Shown: positions 54,013 through 64,000 of the stretch, one piece after another | Layout: each line of letters opens with the position of its first letter | Numbering within the stretch: the first letter of the stretch is position 1 | Source of the DNA: Balanoglossus misakiensis | Taxonomy: Eukaryota; Animalia; Hemichordata | Assembly (NCBI GenBank): GCA_040954595.2 | Contig: CM082593.2 | Location: 9,991,200 to 10,055,199, forward strand | Direction: 5' to 3' | Length of the DNA stretch: 64,000 nucleotides | Notes under the pieces: model-generated | The model's input: only the letters and a program-made list of their open reading frames with translations | Databases searched by the model: none | Told to the model about the DNA's origin: nothing | Position numbers and translations under genes: made by a program

Positions 54013-54325
54013 TCACCCCAAGGTCATATGGACCTGCAAGTATATGCCAGAGCCAGAGTCGACATTACCGAAGCTAGAGTTCAAAGCTTGCAGGTCACCC
54101 CTTGCCAGCTCATGTCTAGCTAAACTGCCATGGATGCCAATAGATATAGGACTACAGTAACCTGTAGATGGTTTCAGTATGTTTGAAGAAAGTGGTGGCG
54201 CACTTTTGGCTACATTTGAAATGGCTATGGTACCAGTGGTTGAATTTGCAAAGGTGACCTTTGACCTGGCATCATTAAATATATTAAAGAACGATTGAAC
54301 ATTCCTTGTTGTCGTAAAATGACAT
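54013..54325 (-). other. Candidate coding exon (unverified)
   Basis: Minus-strand acceptor-like tttttacag| followed by 103 stop-free codons (CHFTTTRNVQSFF...IYLQVHMTLG*), in DNA visibly less AT-rich than its flanks. No recognisable domain. Confidence 0.2.
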
Positions 54326-55578
54326 CTGTAAAAACTTATATTTTATCTGTTCATCTTGAAGTACTATATATTTAAACGCCAATTTTCCATTGCCAATCAA
54401 TTTTTACAAATAAATTGTAATATGCATGTTGATTTTACAAAAACTCCTTACTTCAAAGTGAATTCTGTTACACATCACGTAAATATTTTCCCCACGAATT
54501 CTTCAGTTGCTGACTCGGAAATTTCATATATTGGGCAGAAATTGGATACATTACCGAGCCATTAAAATTACAGTTTTCTATTTTAATTGATCTTCCATAA
54601 CTTCAAGTACTTTGATTTGACATAAATTAAAAACATCATGGTGAATAAATAAAAATCTTTGATTATCTAATTGTGCATGTTTACATGGTTTTATTTTAGT
54701 ATGCTGGGTACTTAATGTCTAATTGCTCGCTGATTTTATACTGTTCAAGATGACAATCTAATTTTAGTTTTCAGCTGATAATGGAAATCACTGATTAAAA
54801 AAATTGAATTTTGTCATGAATAAACTTGTTGTTCATGGCAGTTGCTGTATTTTGTTTCATGTGTATTCAATTTTTGCAAGAATACCATTGAGCACAGTTT
54901 GATTTGATTAAACACGTTTATCGGAAAATTTTGTCATTTGAAATATCTGTTTTTGCGCCCTCTACCATTTGACCAAATGATTCTCTTATTTTGGTGGCCT
55001 TTGTCCGTGTATATGAGAATACTATAGTACTCTCGCATCGATGATAGTAGAAGTTGAAAACGTCTCTTGCCACGTGGCCTAGAAGAAAGGTGATCTTTAG
55101 AGTAAAATAAAACAAACTATCCAGATAGGAAGCTAGAAAAGAAGTTGAATCGTTGAAATTTTATTTATTTTTATATTGTTAATATCGTTGGTGATGTTGA
55201 CTGGCCGACAATCTTTGTCACACCAGTATTTGCAGGTAGATTAAAACATTGCCTATTCCAGCAATAATCACAACAGTCTTACTTTTTCTATCTTTGTAAG
55301 CGTTAATCTTTATTGACCTCGCTTGTTGTTTGTGTTTTTGTGTTTTTTTTTTTGTTTTTTTGTTTTTTTAGTAGTTTCATAATTTTATTTGTATTTTTAA
55401 AATGTTTTCCTGTTTTTTGTTTACTTTTTTATTTTTTTTACTATTTGTTGATTGTAATGCTGTATGGGTCTCGACTGTCGGTCCCAACTTGTCATATAAT
55501 TAGGTAGTACTGGAGTCAGTGGAAACCCAGGTGCCCGCATAATTTCAGGTGTAGTGACACCGTGTATTGTCATGTTAA

Positions 55579-56156
55579 AGCCCCAGTATTTCTCGTGTGC
55601 ATCCATTTTTCATCATCGAAAAAAGCCCGTTTTTCCAGTACATCCATCATGGAATACTATATAATGAAGATGTAAGAAAGGTTTGGGCAATTGTAGCTAC
55701 ATGCAAGCCGAAAATATCGCCCGTAACACTTGAAATGATGCGCGGGTTTGTTTACAACGGAAATGTTGTACATGTCGATCAGCAAACGTGCCACTTTGAC
55801 ATTTTGATGGTCAGACCATTTTCGGATTTGATCTGGTTCCATCGACTGATTTCTCCCATAAAGTTATCTTCCCAAAATTTCGCCGAATTAGTGCGCATTT
55901 CTTCGCTGAGTCGCTTGATTTGGGGCGACCAAACCTCTTCTGCATAGATTCACATTTGAGTGCGCATGCGCACTAGTCACGTGTGTCAACATTAGCCTGA
56001 CTCACGTGACTTTCTGTCCGGACAGAAAGTCATTCTTCACTCGTTATATTGTAAATTGTATGAGTTTATCAGCAGAGCTGGGGATGATGATCTACTTTTA
56101 GAAATTATAGATGCCGTTTCAAACAAAATTTTGCCCCTACAAGAAATACTGTGGCT
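55579..56156. mobile_element. TTAA-flanked non-autonomous DNA transposon (578 bp; Kolobok-like AG...CT termini)
   Basis: Left end TTAA|agccccagtatttctcgt (55575); right end acaagaaatactgtggct|TTAA (to 56160). About 18-bp imperfect TIRs, with TTAA on both sides. Confidence 0.8.
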
Positions 56157-56160
56157 TTAA

Positions 56161-57368
56161 TGAATAGGGCTTCGTTAGCTAAGTTTCGTGTAGTAAGAGA
56201 GCACACTTCAATTTAGGTCTTGAAGGGAGCAACAAGTCGGGTCTCCCTGCTCAGTGAGTAGAAATACTAGGGGAAATATTGCACCATACCTTGCTGTGTC
56301 CATGTAATGCTGTAGCGCGCATTAGTGCTCTCAGGACCACTGTTTCTGCAATTCGAGTGGAAGTAAATTCAGTACTTCTAGAAAGCAGAATTGTGCTTAT
56401 TCAGTGCAAACCGGTGTGGTCGGGCGATTGGCGTGGCTGGCATGGTCGTATGTGGTGTGGCTGGAAATTGCTCCAAGCAGAGTTCTGTGGAACCATCCTA
56501 TAGACCCGGTATTGCTGAGCATGAAGTGTGGTGAAGAATTCTCGTGTAAGTAATGTATTTGTTTATTTATTTACTATAACTTAAATTTATATTTTATGGA
56601 TATTTATGTCAAATTCGACAATTTGTAAGTAATAGGACGGTCATAGTTAAAGCATAATTTTCCATGATATCACATGTAATCATGACGCTTTAACTAGTCC
56701 AAATTTCTGATAATTATTATTGAGAAACGTCAGTATTCATTTGTGAACAGTTGCTAAGGTGGACATTTCAGTCAATGTTTGTTGATTTTTCATTCAGCCA
56801 TTTAACCCAAGACTTGCATCTAACAAGTCAGTCTTCAGTGTGTTTACTTGACTACTGGAGGACTACAAGTGGTAGAAAACATGGTGTATCACAGATTGTA
56901 TGTGTAATGTGGATCGTCGCTACATCGTTCATCTATACAGGACTCCATCCCATATTGTGGTTGAATCATGATTGTTTACTATGAATGTTATATACAGCTA
57001 AGTGACACTTACCATTGTTTAGACAATATGCAATAGACATTAAACTATAGTGATATTGTGAATATATTCATTTATGTAATATATTAAGTAACCCATTGTA
57101 TTGTATGACCAATTGTATCAGCATACCTGTACCTGCTAAATTGGTTAGGACAGAGACATTTGATATTGTGCATATTGTGCACAAAAATTATATTCCTAGT
57201 ATTATCTTTATATTATTTAATTGATTTAAATTAAATCAACTGTATTATTGTATCCGCACTGGTTTGTGTAGTTTCTCCCCATACCTTATCCACGGATGTT
57301 TACTCCTTGGCACTGAGAGCAGCTCAATATTTATCCTGGAATCAGAGGGGTGCCCTCCACCTCTGACA
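56161..57368 (+). repeat. Putative 5' LTR (right end defined by CA + 2 nt + PBS; left end not determined, may extend past the MITE to ~55490-55570)
   Basis: Ends cctctgaCA|tt|PBS. attaaa near 57230 is a possible poly(A) signal. No second copy in the window to fix the start. Confidence 0.5.
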
Positions 57369-57370
57369 TT

Positions 57371-57387
57371 TGGGGGCTCGTCCGGGA
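57371..57387 (+). promoter_or_regulatory. Primer-binding site complementary to the tRNA-Pro 3' end
   Basis: tgggggctcgtccggga matches the first 17 nt of the known tRNA-Pro PBS TGGGGGCTCGTCCGGGAT; it lies 2 nt after the LTR-terminal CA. Confidence 0.92.
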
Positions 57388-57706
57388 GTTTTATCGTTTT
57401 GTTGTGCATTTGTTTGTATACTATCATAAATTGTTGCCATATAGTGGAGACCATGGTTTTGATAGGTAGAGATTCTGCAAATTGTGAAGACGGTGCTGGG
57501 TCTGTAGGCTGGTACTGTTACTGTATGTGCGCTTGTGGTTTCCTGCTATATAATATGGGCCGTGTTGGTTTGCGTCGTGCGTTTGGCTGTGTTGACTTGT
57601 GCTGAATGCCCTGTACTGCTAGGGGTTGTCAAACTGGGGGTTGTAAATCGCGATACAGCAAAGCATATATGCAGAAAGAATATCTAAGATAGGGAGAAAA
57701 TTTGGG

Positions 57707-58033
57707 TTGGAAGGGACTGCTTTAAAAGATTATGTTAGAGAGGAACAAATTAGACAGAGGGATCTTAGGGCTACTGAGAGAGAGGAGCAGAGAGAAGATA
57801 ATAGGCGGCGCGAGGAACATGAGAGAGAGATACTGAAAATGCAAATTCACTTACAAGAATTAAAATTGAAAGGGGAAAATACAGAACAGCAGGTTACTGA
57901 AAATAATTTGGCCAAAGCGCGTGCTCCGAGACTACAGGGTTTTCGTGAGGATGTTGATGATATGGATGCGTACCTTCAACGTTTTCAGCGCTACGCCACT
58001 GCTCAGAAGTGGGAAAAAGATGACTGGGGGTGA
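57707..58033 (+). pseudogene. gag: Gag N-terminal part (E/R-rich coiled coil, then PRL..F....DDMDAYLQRF.RYA...W...W), separated from the rest by indels
   Basis: Motif typical of this Gypsy group. The conserved continuation W-G-VNLSA-LLQGK is split over three frames at ~58025-58060. Confidence 0.85.
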
Positions 58034-61000
58034 ATCTCAGTGCATATTGTTACAAGGTAAGGATGTATGCACATACAACCAAATGCCTGCAGCGTCTGCA
58101 AATAATTATGATGAATTGAAACCAGAGTTATTGAGGGCTTACCAGTTAAGTGAGGAGAGTTTTCATGACAAGTTCCGTTCGTGTATGCCACATTATGATG
58201 AAAGTGCTCAAAAGTTTATGGACCGTATTGGTGACTATTTGGGCAGATGGGTAGAACTGGCTGGTACTCCAAAGACGTACAATGGGCTTACAGATCTGTT
58301 ACTTCGAGAGCAGTTTATTGGAGTATGTTCCAGAGACATGGCAATGTTCATTAGAGAGCGACGGCCAGAGAATGTCCAAGAGATGGTATCTACTGCCTCA
58401 AAATACTTAGATGCCCGAGGGTGGTGGAAACTGCCAAGTAATGCCAAGAATAATCCAAGGAGCCAGCCGACAGCAAATACCAAGCCTGCTGTATATCCAA
58501 ATCAAGTAAAGAAGTTTAATAACAAAACCAATGGTTCCCATGTTTTTAAAGGTACGTGCTTCGTATGTGGTAAAGGTGGTCATATGGCCAAAGATTGTAG
58601 AAGTAAGCCAAAGATGCATAAGACGGCGGTATTGTTAACTGAAGAAGATAGAAACTATCCACTTAAACAAGAATGTACACATTGGGGCAACCGTCAACAG
58701 CCCAGGGGACTAGACACTGGTTATGCATGTATGGTGGTAGCAATGGAAATAGATAAAACAGATGCAACACTGAATAAGGAGTTCGTGTTACCATGTGGTC
58801 ATAAGCTCCCAGTGATGAGTGCTGCTTGTAGTGCCCATGGAGTGAAGAAGATGCCGGTAATGAAGGGATTGGTCGATGGTAAGCTGGTTAGCGTTTTGCG
58901 TGATAGTGGGTGTAGTAGCGTGGTAGTTCGAAGAAGTCTGGTGTCAAGTAGTCAGCTGACTGGTGAGTACAGGACGTGTGTTCTGATAGATGGGACTATT
59001 AGAAGAGTACCTGTAGCCTCAATAAAAGTTGATACCCCTTACTTTGTTGGTGATGTTACTGCACTGTGCATGATGAACCCTGTGTATGATTTAATACTGG
59101 GCAACATTGATGGTGTATCTGACCCTTCGAATCCTGATACTACATGGCAGGAACCATTGCCGACATGTAGACTGTGTACAACTGTTGGACAGGTACCAGG
59201 TTTAGCAAATGCTGTGGAGACCAGAGCCCAGAAGATAGCCAACCAAAAACCAATCAGAGAGCTTAAAGTACCTAAAGCTGTTGGTGAAGTGGTGATGCCA
59301 GGGAAGCTTCAACAAGCTCAAGAAGAAGACTCCACTCTTGACAAACTACGTGAGAAGGCAATTTTGGGTGACGAGAAAGTGACTAGGAATGGAGGTAGGT
59401 TGAAGTTCATCATGAAAGATGGGATCCTGTACAGAGAGTTCAATTCGCCAATGGTCCAATTTGGTGAAAAGCTGTTACAGGTGGTGGTTCCCAGAGTGTA
59501 TCGTAACCAGGTGATGAGACTAGCCCATGAATCAGTGCTGGGTGGTCACCACGGAACTCACAAGACCACAGACAAGATCCTCAGCAACTTCGTTTGGCCT
59601 GGGCTAACATCAGATGTTTCCCGTTACTGTCAGTCCTGTGATTCATGTCAACGGACACAACCAAAGGGACGGGTGACCAAGGTACCACTTGGAAGTATGC
59701 CACTAATAGATATCCCTTTTCTACGTATTGCAGTAGACCTGGTTGGCCCTATTCATCCATGCACTGAACGCAAGAATAGGTACATACTTACTGTTGTTGA
59801 TTATGCAACACGCTATCCGGAGGCTGTTGCATTGACTAACATTGATACCAAGACTGTTGCAGAGGCGCTCCTGGACATCTACTCAAGAGTGGGGTGTCCA
59901 CGTGAAATTCTGACAGATCAAGGAACTCAATTTACATCAGATGTGATGCGTGAGGTCAGCCGGCTTTTGTCTATCAAGCAGATGACTACCACCCCATACC
60001 ACCCAGCATTCAATGGTCTAGTGGAACGGTTCAATGGTACATTGAAACTCATGCTCAGGAAGATGTGTGAGGAACGTCCAACATATTGGGATCGTTATCT
60101 GAATGCTTTACTATTTGCCTACAGAGAAACGCCTCAATCGAGCACAGGATTCTCTCCGTTTGAGTTACTTTATGGGAGGAGTGTGCGTGGTCCAATGGCT
60201 ATATTGAAAGAACTATGGACTGGAGAGATCAGTGAACCAGAAACCAAAACGACTTATCAATACATCCTTGATCTTCAAAAGAAATTAAAGAAGGCATGCG
60301 ATTTAGCAAGACAAGAACTGAAGATATCACAATGCAAATACAAGTCCTACTACAATAGAAAGGCCAAATGGAGGAAGTTCAACAAAGGTGACGAGGTGTT
60401 ATTGCTACTACCTACTGACCATAATAAACTACTTATGCACTGGAAGGGTCCTTTTCCTGTGGTGGAGAAAGCGAGCAATATGGATTACAAGATTGACTTT
60501 GGTCATAGGGTGAAAACATTCCATGCCAACCTGTTGAAGAGGTACTATCGAAGAACTGATCAGCTAGATGAAGTATCAGCTGGACTTCTTGAGATTGTGT
60601 GTGTATCTGTGATAGATGAGCAGAGTTATGAATCTTCAGAAGTACAAGAGAATACAGGGGTTAAAGTAAACGATGACTTACTGCGGGTTCCTGCATTCAA
60701 GCAGAAAGAATTTGCTGCAGATGTGAATGTATGTGACAACTTGTCAGACATACAGAAGCAAGTGGTGAGGAGGTTGCTGATCAATTACAAAGATATGTTA
60801 ACTGATATTCGTGGTAACACCAACCTGGGTTTCCATGACATCAAGTTGATGGATCCAACACCAGTATGCAGTAGGCCATACCCCATCCCTCATGCACTCC
60901 GTGAAGCAGTGAAAGATGAAGTCAAAACGATGATTAAGATGGGAGTAGCTGAACCTTCAGAGAGTCCATATGCTGTTCCACTGGTAACGGTGAAGAAATC

Positions 61001-61106
61001 TGATGGGTCCAATCGTTGTTGTGTTGACATGAGAAAGCTCAATCGCATAACAGTGTTTGATGCAGAGCCTACACCAGACCTGAGTGAGTTTTTTGCTTTT
61101 TGCTAA
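57921..61106 (+). pseudogene. pol: Gag-Pol polyprotein: capsid/SCAN-like region, CCHC knuckle, aspartic protease, integrase (HHCC, DDE, GPY/F), start of RT; genuine coding begins ~58044
   Basis: LLLREQF...FIRERRP (~58300); CFVCGKGGHMAKDC (58557-58598); LRDSGCS (~58900); HESVLGGH..CQSCDSC (59526-59648); AVDLVGP / TDQGTQF / VERFN; WKGPF (60441); PSESPYA..V.K.DGS.R.CVDMRKLN. Confidence 0.93.
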
Positions 61107-61489
61107 GTTATCCAAGGATCACTATTTCACTAAAGTAGATCTCAGCAAAGAATATTGGCAAGTCCCGTTGACTGATAATTCTAAACAATTGACGGCATTT
61201 ATCACGCATGATGGGCTATACCAATTTATCAAAATGCCTTTCGGACTTGTAAATAGTGCTGCGACTTTTAGCAGAATTATGAGAAGATTGTTAAGAGATA
61301 TGAAGAACGTAGACAACTATATCGATCACATACTGATCCACACTGCATCATGGGAAGAACATATCAAGACAATTACAGATTTGATGAGCAGACTACGAAA
61401 GGCAAAGTTAACAGCGAGACCAACTAAGTGTTATGTGGGTTATGAGCAGATCGATTTCCTGGGTCATGTGGTTGGTCATGGTGAACTAG
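61084..61489 (+). pseudogene. pol: Reverse transcriptase core, frameshifted, catalytically mutated and truncated
   Basis: DLSKEYWQ, KQLTAFIT, MPFGLVNSAATF, YIDH in place of YIDD (61318-61329), FLGHVV. The rest of the ORF to 61698 is read-through into unrelated repeat. Confidence 0.9.
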
Positions 61490-61595
61490 TCCTGTTTCAA
61501 AATGACCTACATTACAGGTCCTATGCACACGTATTACATGTTCTGATTGGTTTATCCACTTCTCTAAGGTCCACTTGCGGCTCGCTGATTGGAGG

Positions 61596-61842
61596 GACCT
61601 TATGTGTTAGGTCTTATTACGATGTATTATTCACCAGACCTTGTAGGTTAGGTCTTATTACAATGCATTATTCACTTTACAGCTCCCTGATTGGTTAATG
61701 TGTAGGTCTGGTCCTCCAGTGTTCACTGCCTCATTATGCAGGACCTTGTAGGTTAGGTCTTATTAATATGTATTTATTCACCATACAGCTCCCTGATTGG
61801 TTAACGTGTCAGTCTGGTCCCCCCAGTGTTCACTGCCTCATT
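61596..61842. repeat. 105-bp tandem repeat (about 2.4 copies) containing ctgattgg (CCAAT-box reverse complement)
   Basis: gaccttgtaggttaggtcttatta occurs at 61637 and 61742, with a partial copy at 61596. Confidence 0.85.
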
Positions 61843-62189
61843 GTGAAATGTCCCATGTGCTTCCTGGCTAGCGTTGTGGTAACATATTATTCGGGGTGTC
61901 CGCAGATCGTTCATTGATTTTCTGAGAAATAGCCTAACTGATACTATCTCCAACATAAACCGCACCCTGGAAAGATTAAATGATCTTTTAGGTGGACTTT
62001 GAAAATCTGATTAACTCATCTAAGCATTTTAGCTAAGTTGTATATTTTTTAATTATAATCATACAAAATACTTAAAAAATAAAAACAATGTTCAGTTTTA
62101 ATACCCACTGATGAGGGGAAACATCAGTTTCAAATTCTTTTCATGGGAGCGCTTGAGCAGAGTTATGAGTTTTGCTCTGTGAAAGAAAA

Positions 62190-62328
62190 TGGGGGGATTT
62201 CAAAATTTTGGCAGTTCGGAAGGGGGATTTCAAAATATTTCGGGTTGTGAAAGGGGGGGGGCATGTGAAAATTAGCGGTAAAAGATGAATTCCCCCCCCC
62301 TCCAGAGGTGTTTGTGAATGCAGCCTAA
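62190..62328. mobile_element. Probable right end of a small DNA transposon (G-run subrepeats; ...gtttgtgaatgcagcc|taa, PIF/Harbinger-like)
   Basis: Repeated gggggatt(t)tcaaaat units, a C-run, and a terminal cc followed by TAA. The partner TIR was not found. Confidence 0.35.
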
Positions 62329-62828
62329 GAAAGAAAAAATGTGAAATGGGTCAAATATGGGCCGGACGTGCCCATTCAACTCAATTTACTTTTGTTTGCT
62401 TTAAGTAGGAATTGATCACAGCTATATTTATTTTGGACACCTGAGCGACAAGAAAACAATTTGATTCTACATTTTAAAAAGCGTCATTGGAAAAGCACTG
62501 CAATTTTGTTTCTTGCTTTAAAAAAGTTTGGGGTGGCATGTAATAATTAAGGTGTGTCTAAATTACTAATTTGGTGCACCTCAAAGCCCTTAGCCAATGT
62601 AAATTATATCCTGCATTGTATTCATGAAGGATATCCTCCCGCGAGGTCAATGCCATTCAATGTCAAACAGTCTCAACAAGGACCATTGGACACTCATAGC
62701 CGTTTTGTATGAAAGTGACTGGAGTACGAGATGAGTTTCATGACAACAACAAATCATGCTCAGTCTCGCTGCAGGGTCTATAATTTCAATAACGGCTAGA
62801 CGCTGGACACTATCTTAGGTAACACTTT

Positions 62829-62940
62829 AGGGTCATAGTGCTGGAACGACATGTTTAAACAGGTCGTTCCGGCACTCTGACCCTTTCGGCCCCAGTCGTT
62901 TCAGCCCCCATTTTCCACGACCCAAGTCGTTACAGCCCGG
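62829..62940. repeat. 56-bp palindrome followed by gtcgtt.c.gccc-type subrepeats; probable DNA-transposon end relic
   Basis: agggtcatagtgctggaacgacatgttt|aaacaggtcgttccggcactctgaccct pairs at 25 of 28 positions. It is followed by gtcgtttcagccc and gtcgttacagccc. Confidence 0.65.
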
Positions 62941-63551
62941 ACAGTAACACCCCAAACATTTCAACACTTATCAGGGAAGACCTTAGCCCAACTATTAAAA
63001 CTTGGCTTGAACCTACTTAAGTTCTCCGCATGAAATATGAGGGAGCGTTGTCAGAGGACGACAGCTACGCACACTTTGGGCGTGACCGAATCAAACAGAA
63101 TTGAATATTCTATATTCGGAAAAAACACCTTATCTCCGTTTTGCCGTTGACAAACCGATTTCTGTCATGACAGTTACTCCCGGGGACTGTGACAGACCAT
63201 ATACAAACAGTAGAGGCCGCGCGCTGGGGGTCTACACAAGTCACTACAGCTGATGTAAGCAAGTACAACATGCTTTGCTTGCAGGAATGTTCCATTTTCA
63301 ATAGAGGGGTGTGTATATTCAGAGGGAATGTCAGTCGGGGCCCTGGCTGGCAACATGCGGCGTATATATTGACAATTTTAGCCGGGAGACCAGGGCGTCG
63401 ATCTAAAATACAACGCTCGGGGACAGTCGAGCAAGTCCTGCTGAGCTGAAAGATAGTAGTCTTGGCAACGATCGAGGTCGCTTAGTAACAAATGGATAAC
63501 AAGTGATCTATCAAATGTTGACGGGCGCCAGTGGTTGGATGATATAATTAA

Positions 63552-64000
63552 AGGCACGTAAGCTGTAACTGGATAAAAAATTAAAGTTTTAAATAATCTC
63601 ATATATGCTTTTAATTATGTCTATTAAATGCTATTTCATGATAATATATCAAGCTCAACACTTATTTATGACAAAATGGCCAAAAATTAAAGAAAAACGA
63701 AAATTCCTGCAATTTTAAAAAAAAGCGCAATATTGCAATGAAAAATGAAAATCTGATGTCTCAGTGGTGTACATTTACTTCCATGAGCTCAAGTGGATGA
63801 GATCATGTTTTGTTTATGAAGTTTCACAACCGGAAATGCAACATTTTCATTGTTTCTTGCATTTTCCCACGGTGGCGGCCATAATCGCTTGCGGCAAAGC
63901 TTTATTATTTATCTGGTTAAAACTTGCATATGCACTCATAAAAACCGAATGTATGGCAATTTTTCCAAAGTCATGGAACCCAGTTAGAGTCCCAAATGTG
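63552..64000. mobile_element. Possible left part of another TTAA|AGG element, running off the window
   Basis: ttaa|aggcacgtaagctg at 63548 coincides with an abrupt switch to AT-rich DNA. No right TIR in the window. Confidence 0.25.

Larger units (their letters stand above)
56161..61489 (+). mobile_element. Ty3/Gypsy LTR retrotransposon, Gmr1-like (PR-IN-RT order); decayed and 3'-truncated (no RNase H, no matching 3' LTR); left end uncertain
   Basis: LTR end ...tgaca at 57368, then PBS, gag-CCHC-protease-integrase-RT in this order. RT similarity stops after FLGHVVGHGEL (~61489). Confidence 0.92.

Noticed and set aside
55313-55507. Phe-rich hydrophobic ORF resembling a membrane peptide
   Set aside because: It is a translation of a T-rich low-complexity tract.
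61080-61110. Programmed ribosomal frameshift at the T-rich site in pol
   Set aside because: It falls inside the RT domain and is explained by a 7-bp tandem duplication; removing the duplication restores EFFAKLSK.
57921-61489. Ty1/Copia or retrovirus assignment based on IN-before-RT order or the tRNA-Pro PBS
   Set aside because: RT motifs (CVDxRKLN, MPFGL, FLGH) and the GPY/F integrase tail are Ty3/Gypsy-type, and no env is present.

Overview
AT-rich eukaryotic DNA, most likely heterochromatin of an invertebrate animal (inferred from the repeat families; the species cannot be determined here). About two thirds of the window is two unrelated satellite arrays: a 116-bp monomer array (~295-22309, roughly 190 copies) and a ~192/196-bp monomer array (~27173-48783, roughly 110 copies) with nested higher-order repeats (584, 957, 1541, 1930 and 5191 bp). 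Each array sits in one copy of a locally duplicated module whose sister copies hold only 1-2 monomers or a partial one, so a low-copy state of both satellites lies next to the arrays. The right quarter is a nest of mobile elements: a HINE/DINE-1-like element, a tRNA-derived SINE, TTAA-targeting MITEs (one a near-complete fold-back), and a decayed, 3'-truncated Ty3/Gypsy LTR retrotransposon of the Gmr1 type (gag with SCAN-like capsid region and CCHC knuckle, then PR-IN-RT, i.e. integrase before RT) with a tRNA-Pro primer-binding site. No intact cellular gene is supported. The many short ORFs inside the satellites are repeat artefacts. I see no clearly new protein system; the most unusual signal is the repeat architecture.
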